Positions 57,707 to 64,000 of a DNA stretch of 64,000 bases are shown here, in pieces; within the stretch, counting starts at the first letter, position 1, and every line of letters starts with the position of its first letter. This DNA comes from Candidatus Yanofskybacteria bacterium. Its GTDB lineage: Bacteria; Patescibacteriota; Minisyncoccia; 2-02-FULL-40-12; IGHO2-12-FULL-4. The DNA lies in contig JACPNK010000002.1 in assembly GCA_016185525.1 (NCBI GenBank), forward strand, positions 11,616 to 75,615, in the 5' to 3' direction. The notes below the pieces were generated by a model. The model was not told the DNA's origin, ran no database searches, and saw nothing but the letters and a program-made list of their open reading frames with translations. The position numbers were made by a program, and so were the translations under genes.

Positions 57707-57982
57707 AAAATAAAGTCTTTCAGAAATAGTTCACAAAAATTTGCGAGTTATTTCTGTGAGACTGGTAATCGTCTAAAGGATAGGGCACCTCTTTCTGACT
57801 GAGCGGTCTTTGGGGGAAAAACCTGTTCGATTCAGGTAGCCAGTCTCACACTTCGCAAAATGTTTCTAAGTTATTGGAAATATTTTGCGGAGTGGGACGG
57901 CGACGTACTACAGGCGAAGGCGCATCACCCAAGGCCCTGTCGTAAGCAAACGCCTCCCCGCTCCGCAGTTAGTATTATTACG

Positions 57983-58018
57983 GCCCTATTGGAAACCCCG
58001 ATAGGGCTTTTTTCTTTT
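57983..58018 (+). terminator. intrinsic terminator (gccctat-tggaaaccccg-atagggc plus TTTTTT)
   Basis: Read directly from the sequence. Confidence 0.65.
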
Positions 58019-58060
58019 GCATAATTTCGGGATTTTGTTTAGAGTAACAAAAAAGCCCAA

Positions 58061-58447
58061 ATGACAAATGAACAAATGACAAATCAAATCCAAAGCTCAA
58101 ATGTCAAAAAATACGATTTGGAAGAAAGAACAGCAGTTTTGGGGCAAAACATAATCGATTTTGTAAGAACTTTATCTAAAAACTCAATTACTAATCCGCT
58201 TATTAGTCAAGTAGTTAGAGCTGGAACAAGCATCGGAGCAAACTACATGGAAGCAGACGCATCCGAATCAAAAAAAGATTTTCTACACAAAATTGGTATC
58301 TGCAAAAAAGAAAGCAAAGAAACGATGCACTGGCTAAGGATGATAGCGCATGCTATGCCTGAAAAACAAAACCAATGCAGGCAACTGTGGAAAGAAGCGC
58401 ATGAACTTTTATTGATATTTTCCAGTATTGCTAAAAGAAAGTATTAG
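58061..58447 (+). CDS. four-helix-bundle protein (23S rRNA intervening-sequence-type, TIGR02436-like)
   Basis: VVRAGTSIGANYMEADASESKKDFLHKIGICKKESKETMHWLRM matches the family signature. The gene is bracketed by imperfect inverted repeats rich in aatgacaaatga (58043-58075 and 58449-58496). Confidence 0.7.
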   Translation: MTNEQMTNQIQSSNVKKYDLEERTAVLGQNIIDFVRTLSKNSITNPLISQVVRAGTSIGANYMEADASESKKDFLHKIGICKKESKETMHWLRMIAHAMPEKQNQCRQLWKEAHELLLIFSSIAKRKY

Positions 58448-58503
58448 TTTGGATTTTGACATTGATTTGTCATTTGGATTTTGTCATTTGTCATTAAAAT
58501 TTT

Positions 58504-59553
58504 ATGTTAAACAAACTCTTCGGATTTTTCTCAAAAGACATTGGCATAGACTTGGGTACGGCTAATACCTTAGTTTATGTGCGGGGCAAGGGCATAGTTA
58601 TTAATGAGCCGTCAATTGTAGCCATAAACAACAAAACCGGGACAATTTTAGAAATTGGCCAGGAGGCCAGAAAAATGGTTGGCCGGACACCGGGTTACAT
58701 TGTGGTTGCCAGGCCTTTGGTTGCCGGTGTGGTTTCCGATTTTGAAGTAACCGAGCAGATGCTCAAATATTTTATTGACAAAGTTCATCAGGAAAGTTTC
58801 TCTCTTTTGCCACGGCCCAGAGTGGTGATCGGCGTGCCCTCCGGAGTGACTGAAGTTGAAAAAAGGGCGGTGGAAGACGCGGCTTACAATGCCGGCGCCA
58901 GAGAAGTTTATTTAATTGAAGAACCGATGGCGGCGGCAATCGGCGCCAGACTGCCGGTGCAGGAAGCGGCGGCCAATGTGATTATTGACATCGGCGGCGG
59001 CTCTACGGAAGTTGCCGTTATTTCTATGGGGGGCGTGGTTGCTTCCCGTTCTTTACGCATCGCCGGCAATAAATTTAACGAGGATATAATCCGCTATCTG
59101 CGCGAGGAGAGAAACATGCTGATAGGCGAGGCGACTGCCGAAAATATAAAAATTCGTTTAGGTTCGGCCTACCCTTTGGACGAGGAGTTGAGCGGAGAAA
59201 TCAGAGGCCGGGATTTGGTCAGCGGTTTGCCTCGTGAGATTGTCATTACTTCCGAAGAAATACGCAAAGCAATTTCACGGTCTGTCAAAAGCATTTTAAC
59301 TGACATCAAGGCTACCATAGAAGAAACTCCGCCGGAATTAATCGCTGACTTGTTGAGTCGAAATGTTTACCTTTCGGGCGGAGGCAGTCTTTTGCGGGGC
59401 ATGGATGAGATAGTTTCTCACGAAATTAAACTGCCGGTCAAAGTTGTTGATGACCCGCTGACTTCTGTCGCCAGAGGCTGTGGTTTTGTTTTGGAGAACA
59501 TAGATAAACTCAAAGAAGTTTTAGTGGAAACCTCTAAAGAGGCTTATCTATAA
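58504..59553 (+). CDS. mreB: rod shape-determining protein MreB
   Basis: Actin-fold motifs (IGIDLGTANT, DIGGGSTEVAV). Confidence 0.9.
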   Translation: MLNKLFGFFSKDIGIDLGTANTLVYVRGKGIVINEPSIVAINNKTGTILEIGQEARKMVGRTPGYIVVARPLVAGVVSDFEVTEQMLKYFIDKVHQESFSLLPRPRVVIGVPSGVTEVEKRAVEDAAYNAGAREVYLIEEPMAAAIGARLPVQEAAANVIIDIGGGSTEVAVISMGGVVASRSLRIAGNKFNEDIIRYLREERNMLIGEATAENIKIRLGSAYPLDEELSGEIRGRDLVSGLPREIVITSEEIRKAISRSVKSILTDIKATIEETPPELIADLLSRNVYLSGGGSLLRGMDEIVSHEIKLPVKVVDDPLTSVARGCGFVLENIDKLKEVLVETSKEAYL

Positions 59554-59556
59554 AAA

Positions 59557-60345
59557 ATGCAAAAGAGTTTTTTGAAAAAAATTTTGCTGGCACTGGCAAT
59601 CTTAGTCTTGCTGGTTTTTTTAAATAACTACGCAACTAACCAATTTTTCAAAAGTTTTTTGGTTCAAGCTCTCAAGCCTTTTTTAATCAAGACATATGCG
59701 AGCCTGAACAGTTTTCAATTCAGGCTGGTTTCTTGGTTTAGAATAGACAATATAATTTTAGAAAATCAGTTTTTAAGCCAGCAAAACCGCCAGTTATTTT
59801 CCAAGACTTTAAAAATGGAAGAACTGGAAAAAGAAAACGAGTTTCTTAGGAAAGAACTTGGCGTGTCTCAAAGAAGAAAGTGGCAGATTGAGATTGCCAG
59901 TATTTTCCAGCTTAACACTAGCGGAGCATTTCGTACGGCTTTTGTGGACAAAGGAAGCAACCAAGGGATTAAATCAGGCATGGCTGTCGTTTTTGGGGGT
60001 GAAATACTGGTTGGCGTTATCAAAGAAGTTTTTCCGGACAGTTCCATGATATTGCTGGTTACCGACCCCAGGCTTACCGTCAGCGTCAAATCAAAAGAAG
60101 CTGAAGTTTCAGCGAGAGCAGTCGGAAGTTTAGACCAAGGTTTGTTTCTGGAACTGGTTGCTAATCAAGAAAACGTTAAAACAGGCGACCTTTTTTTAAC
60201 CAGCGGTTTGGACAGTTTGTCAAGCGCTTTAGTCGTCGGCCGGGTGGCCAGTATAAAATCCGACGACAGAGGGTTGTTCAAAACCGTACGGCTTGAACCG
60301 GAATTTCAGAATATCTTGCCGGAAAGCGTATTTATCATAAAATGA
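59557..60345 (+). CDS. mreC: rod shape-determining protein MreC
   Basis: N-terminal TM plus coiled coil, a beta-rich C-domain and its position after mreB. Confidence 0.7.
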   Translation: MQKSFLKKILLALAILVLLVFLNNYATNQFFKSFLVQALKPFLIKTYASLNSFQFRLVSWFRIDNIILENQFLSQQNRQLFSKTLKMEELEKENEFLRKELGVSQRRKWQIEIASIFQLNTSGAFRTAFVDKGSNQGIKSGMAVVFGGEILVGVIKEVFPDSSMILLVTDPRLTVSVKSKEAEVSARAVGSLDQGLFLELVANQENVKTGDLFLTSGLDSLSSALVVGRVASIKSDDRGLFKTVRLEPEFQNILPESVFIIK

Positions 60346-60869
60346 ACAGCAAAAACTTTTTGATTATTGCTTTAGCTATTTTTCTGGTGAAAGTTGTGTT
60401 TTTACCTGCCGGCAAGGTTTGGCTTAACGCGGATCTTTTTGCTTGCCTAGTTTTGACCGCCGTCATAATTGACAAAAATTTTTCAGAAAAAGTTTTTTTA
60501 ATTTTAGTTTTTTCTTTGATTTTTGACGCTTTTTCCGGCAACACTTTCGGTTCGGCTTCTTTAGCGCTTTTCTTTTCAACACTGGTTATTTTTTGGTCCA
60601 AAAAATTCATACTCCTGTCTGACAAAAGTTTTTTTGTCAACTTTTTATGGCTTTTATTTTTTTATTTCTTGTATCTTTTTTTTCTTTCAGGCGCAGAAAG
60701 TTTATTCTACTTTTATCTCTATGATCAAGCAGTCTTGGCTTTTAGCAATATTTTTAAAGTAAATTTTACTTCATCAAATCTTGTTCAAACTTTTTTACTA
60801 TTTACGGTTTTTATATTTTTAATCAACCGCTATGTGGGGGAAAAAAAGATATCAAATTTCAAATTTTGA
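60342..60869 (+). CDS. mreD: rod shape-determining protein MreD-like membrane protein
   Basis: 5-TM small protein at the canonical position between mreC and mrdA. Confidence 0.5.
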   Translation: MNSKNFLIIALAIFLVKVVFLPAGKVWLNADLFACLVLTAVIIDKNFSEKVFLILVFSLIFDAFSGNTFGSASLALFFSTLVIFWSKKFILLSDKSFFVNFLWLLFFYFLYLFFLSGAESLFYFYLYDQAVLAFSNIFKVNFTSSNLVQTFLLFTVFIFLINRYVGEKKISNFKF

Positions 60870-62727
60870 GGAAGATACGGTTTCACCGGAAGAAACTTTG
60901 ATTGACTCTTTGAACAGCCGATCAAAAATTGAGCTGCCGATTTCGCAATCCATTATTCAAGTTTTTTATTTTCTGGTTGGCCTAGTGCTGTTTCTTTACC
61001 TTTTTTTCAGTTTCAAGCTTGGGGTTCTGGAGGGGAAAGACTTCCGAAGCTTGGCTTTAAGCAACCGCTCTACGGTTTACGATATTCCGTCTATGCGCGG
61101 GGCTATATTAGACAGTGACGGTGAGGTTTTGGCTGGCAACACTCCGGTTTTTGACCTGATAGCCATATCAGCCGACCTGCCCAAAAAAGAAGAAGAACTA
61201 AGATTTTGGTCTGAAAATCTGGCCGGAATTTTAAATGACAAGCCCGAAAACATATTTTCTATTCTGCAGGAAAAAGAGCGCCAAGCGGTATTTTTTGTAA
61301 AAAAAGATGTGGCAAAAGAAAAAGTCATACAGATACAAAACCGCTACCAAAAAGGGGTTTTTGTCGTTAGCGGAGCTCAACGGTCTTATTCGGAAAGTGT
61401 TAAATTTTCCAGTATTTTGGGCTACACGGGAAAGGTAAATCAGGATGATCTAAAGGATGAGTATTACATTATCAATGACCGTAAGGGCCGGTCTGGTTTG
61501 GAAGAAAAATTTGAAGACGTTTTGAGAGGCAAGCATGGGCAGATTTTTTTTGACAGAGCAAATAAAAGATATGTGGTTAAGCCGGCCAGTCCCGGCGGCG
61601 GTTTGGTTTTAAATATTGATTCCGATGTTCAGAAAGCGCTTTATGATTCCGTAGAAACTGTTTTGCGTTCTGTCGGCTTGAAAGCCGGTTCGGCAGTTGC
61701 CCAAAATCCGAAAACAGGTGAAATTTTGGGCATGGTCAGTTTCCCTTCTTTTGATAATAGTCTTTTTTCTTCCGAATTGAGCGAAGAGCTGTTTAAAAAA
61801 TATTTTGAAAACAAAAACAGGCCGATATTTAACCGGGCAGTGAGCGGGAAATATAACCCGGGTTCCACAATCAAGCCCTTGTTAGCGTTGGCCGGTCTGA
61901 AAGAAAATGTCATTTCTCCGGAAACTACGATTGTTGATCTTAATGGCTATATTACCGTAAAAAGCATCTACGATCCCAGTGTTGTTTACAAATTTAGAGA
62001 CTGGAAAGTGCAGGGCACTTTGAATTTAAAAAAGGCCATTGCTCAATCGTCCGATATTTACTTTTATTCTGTCGGCGGCGGTTACGGCATCATAAAAGGA
62101 CTTGGTTTTGAAAAGTTGGAAAAATATTTCAGGACTTTTTTGATAGATCAAGTTTTGGGCATAGATATTTCCGGCGAAGCGGCTGGCTTTGTGCCTAACG
62201 AAGAGTGGAAGCTGGAAAAGACCGGCCAACCTTGGTTTACGGGCGATACTTACAATGTTTCTATTGGACAAGGCGACCTTCTGGCTACTCCTTTGTGGCT
62301 TAGCTCTTATGTTTCGGCCATAGCCAATGGCGGCACTTTTTACAAACCGTTTCTGGTGAAAAAAATTATTGATGGAGAACAAAAAGCGGTGCAGATTTTC
62401 AAAAGCGAGGAGTTGGCCAAACTGCCTTTTGATGTCCGGACTTTGGATATAGTCAGAGAAGCTATGAAAGAAGTGGTTGTTTCCGGTACGGCCAAAATGT
62501 TGAACTCCTTGCCTGTCAAAATTGCCGCCAAAACCGGTACGGCCGAAGTGGGTGTCAAAGGTTCGGGCCTTAACTCGGTTTTCATCGCTTATGCTCCTTT
62601 TGATGATCCGGAGATTGCTGTTTCTATAGTTATTGAAAACATAGGACAGAAACAGGGTTTGGCTGTCTTGGCCGCAAAGCAATTTTTTGAAAAATATTTT
62701 GAGGACTTGATTCCTTCTTCAAATTAA
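60832..62727 (+). CDS. mrdA: penicillin-binding protein 2 (class B transpeptidase)
   Basis: N-terminal TM, STIKP (SxxK), SIGQGD region and KTGTA. Confidence 0.85.
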   Translation: MWGKKRYQISNFEEDTVSPEETLIDSLNSRSKIELPISQSIIQVFYFLVGLVLFLYLFFSFKLGVLEGKDFRSLALSNRSTVYDIPSMRGAILDSDGEVLAGNTPVFDLIAISADLPKKEEELRFWSENLAGILNDKPENIFSILQEKERQAVFFVKKDVAKEKVIQIQNRYQKGVFVVSGAQRSYSESVKFSSILGYTGKVNQDDLKDEYYIINDRKGRSGLEEKFEDVLRGKHGQIFFDRANKRYVVKPASPGGGLVLNIDSDVQKALYDSVETVLRSVGLKAGSAVAQNPKTGEILGMVSFPSFDNSLFSSELSEELFKKYFENKNRPIFNRAVSGKYNPGSTIKPLLALAGLKENVISPETTIVDLNGYITVKSIYDPSVVYKFRDWKVQGTLNLKKAIAQSSDIYFYSVGGGYGIIKGLGFEKLEKYFRTFLIDQVLGIDISGEAAGFVPNEEWKLEKTGQPWFTGDTYNVSIGQGDLLATPLWLSSYVSAIANGGTFYKPFLVKKIIDGEQKAVQIFKSEELAKLPFDVRTLDIVREAMKEVVVSGTAKMLNSLPVKIAAKTGTAEVGVKGSGLNSVFIAYAPFDDPEIAVSIVIENIGQKQGLAVLAAKQFFEKYFEDLIPSSN

Positions 62728-62786
62728 GTTAAAATTCTTTTCTATATTTTACGTTAAAAGTTAGAGCATATTTTTAAACAACATTT

Positions 62787-63251
62787 ATGATAAACAAAGG
62801 ACAATATTTCAGTCCGGAAGGGTTGGAAAAAATGAAGAAAGAACTTGAAGAACGCAAGTATGTTTTGCGCAAAGAAATTGCCGCTAAAATTCTTGAAGCC
62901 AAAGACTTGGGCGACTTGGCCGAGAACGCCGAATTTACCGAGGCCAAAGAAATGCAGGCCTTTAACGAGGGACGGATTGAAGAGCTTGAAAGCATTGTCA
63001 AAAACGCGATGCTGATTTCAAGCGGTAAACAAAACGGAATCATTTCCGTCGGCTCTTCCGTTAAGGTTAAATCTTCCGTGGGCGAGTACACTTTTACCAT
63101 TGTCGGCGCTTCGGAATCAAATCCGACTCAAGGCTTTATCTCTAATGAATCTCCTTTGGGCAAGGCTTTTTTGGGACAAAAAAAGGGGACTGAAGTAGAA
63201 GTTCAGACCCCCAAAGGAGTCGCTAAGTATAAAATTTTAGAGGTTCTCTAA
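62787..63251 (+). CDS. greA: transcription elongation factor GreA
   Basis: Coiled-coil N-domain with GDLAENAEFTEAKE and an FKBP-like C-domain. Confidence 0.8.
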   Translation: MINKGQYFSPEGLEKMKKELEERKYVLRKEIAAKILEAKDLGDLAENAEFTEAKEMQAFNEGRIEELESIVKNAMLISSGKQNGIISVGSSVKVKSSVGEYTFTIVGASESNPTQGFISNESPLGKAFLGQKKGTEVEVQTPKGVAKYKILEVL

Positions 63252-63821
63252 TTGAACCATTTCTTTGTGAAGTTCTGCTATGTTGGGCGGGAAAATCCAG
63301 GGATAGTTTTTTACAAAGTCCGGTAACTTGTCGTAACAAAAACTTTGTGCCCCACTGTCCCACAACTCTTCTTGCAGGCGGTAGAAAGTCAACAGTTTTT
63401 TTGACTCCGGATTTTGCTCTATAAAAACTTGCCAATGAGAAGATTTTCCTAGCAGTTTGTCATTATGCCATAACCTACGTTCACCATTACTATCTCTGAC
63501 ATAACTACATTTTGCCCAAAGGTATTCTTTTAGATAGTAGTCATCAGTCCAAGAATTACATGCTTGGTTTCTGGCCTTGTTATTTTTTTGATAAATAACG
63601 TCAACAATAAATCCATTTACGGTTCTTACATCGTCTGCCGTGATTCGGCGAGAGTTGGACTCCAACATGCACATAATGTAAGAATAAGCAATCATTATTT
63701 TTTCCAGAATTTTAATGTGACGATCCCTGATTTCGTTATCGGCTTTAATTCTGGCCACTAATTTTTCAAACGAAGTGCTTTTGACTAAGGCTAGTTCGGC
63801 TTGTTGATTCATTTGACTCAT
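63237..63821 (-). CDS. hypothetical protein (194 aa)
   Basis: Intact ORF with an SD aaggagg. Its start overlaps the stop of the upstream partial gene (ATGA). No family recognised. Confidence 0.4.
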   Translation of the reverse strand: MSQMNQQAELALVKSTSFEKLVARIKADNEIRDRHIKILEKIMIAYSYIMCMLESNSRRITADDVRTVNGFIVDVIYQKNNKARNQACNSWTDDYYLKEYLWAKCSYVRDSNGERRLWHNDKLLGKSSHWQVFIEQNPESKKLLTFYRLQEELWDSGAQSFCYDKLPDFVKNYPWIFPPNIAELHKEMVQLENL

Positions 63822-64000
63822 TCCGACACCTCCTTTTCCGCATTATCCAAGGGGACCCCTTGGATAGATAAATTTTCCAAAAGAGTTTGCCAGGCGTTTA
63901 TGTCTATCTGGTCCGAGTGTTTTTCTTCTTCAACCTTAAATTCGTAAGAGTTGTGAAGAACATGACCGTACTCACCTTGAAGCTGAATTGAAATCCTTGA
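63818..64000 (-). CDS. partial CDS (C-terminal about 60 aa, continues beyond the window)
   Basis: Open frame ...EYGHVLHNSYEFKVEEEKHSDQIDINAWQTLLENLSIQGVPLDNAEKEVSE-stop, translationally coupled to the 63237..63821 gene. Confidence 0.35.
   Translation of the reverse strand, partial: SRISIQLQGEYGHVLHNSYEFKVEEEKHSDQIDINAWQTLLENLSIQGVPLDNAEKEVSE

Larger units (their letters stand above)
56414..58040 (+). ncRNA. 1.6-kb ORF-free, GC-rich, hairpin-dense region: candidate structured non-coding RNA(s) of unknown class
   Basis: No ORF longer than 83 aa in any frame. GC is visibly above the flanking sequence. Dozens of perfect 6-12-bp hairpins, three paralogous ttgcggag...ctccgcagt(t)agta stem modules, and two + strand intrinsic terminators. 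Confidence 0.35.

Noticed and set aside
57819-57860. tRNA or tRNA-like gene suggested by a perfect T-arm (acctg-TTCGATT-caggt)
   Set aside because: I could not fold a D-arm or anticodon arm upstream. The flanking 10-bp stem is separated from the T-arm by a 2-nt spacer, unlike tRNA or tmRNA acceptor geometry. Noted only as a T-arm-like hairpin inside the structured region.
56414-58040. Attempted to assign the large structured region to RNase P RNA, tmRNA, SRP RNA, rRNA fragments or a group II intron
   Set aside because: By eye I found none of the universal blocks: GGAAAGUCCGGGC, ACAGAANCCGGCUUA, a tmRNA acceptor/tag frame, GUCAGGUCCGGAAGGAAGCAGC, group II domain V, or the 16S/23S universal sites. 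An apparent GAA*-ending frame at 56690-56722 lies inside a hairpin and was not convincing as a tmRNA tag. Class left open.
1-64000. CRISPR arrays or cas genes
   Set aside because: No regularly spaced direct repeats of 24-40 bp were seen. The dispersed repeats found are long, structured and not arrayed.

Overview
This 64-kb window is gene-dense and AT-rich, and about 85% of its coding sequence lies on the + strand. It is dominated by core housekeeping genes: secDF, ddl-aspS-dacA-like-mraY-ftsW, rpsT, truB, uvrB, ruvA, murE, lon, polX, murG, holB, frr, rseP, proS, mreBCD-mrdA and greA. It also carries ABC-F and ABC-exporter ATPases. Several genes are archaeal-type and short (AspRS, ProRS), the one tRNA lacks an encoded CCA, and TTG/GTG starts are frequent. 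By inference only, this points to a reduced Patescibacteria/CPR-like genome that still makes peptidoglycan and is rod-shaped.

The unusual signal is mostly non-coding.
(1) Two families of about 160-nt intergenic repeats are present in three copies each. Their stems differ in sequence between copies but stay complementary, which argues for conserved RNA or DNA structure.
(2) A 238-bp MITE-like element with perfect 22-bp terminal inverted repeats sits next to a GIY-YIG gene and tRNA-Lys, with a 13-nt duplication of the tRNA 5' end.
(3) A 1.6-kb GC-rich, ORF-free, hairpin-dense region carries two intrinsic terminators and three paralogous stem modules. It is followed by a 23S-IVS-type four-helix-bundle gene framed by inverted repeats.
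(4) Three small coiled-coil genes lie in tandem, each preceded by a TCAAGG-N-CCTTGA palindrome and followed by a near-identical terminator.

On the protein side, the window encodes a presenilin/signal-peptide-peptidase-like intramembrane aspartyl protease with YD, GxGD and PAL-like motifs. It also encodes a soluble VirD4/TraG-like ATPase paired with a membrane protein, an HD-domain dNTPase, and a TM0106-type RecB nuclease. No CRISPR array or rRNA was seen.
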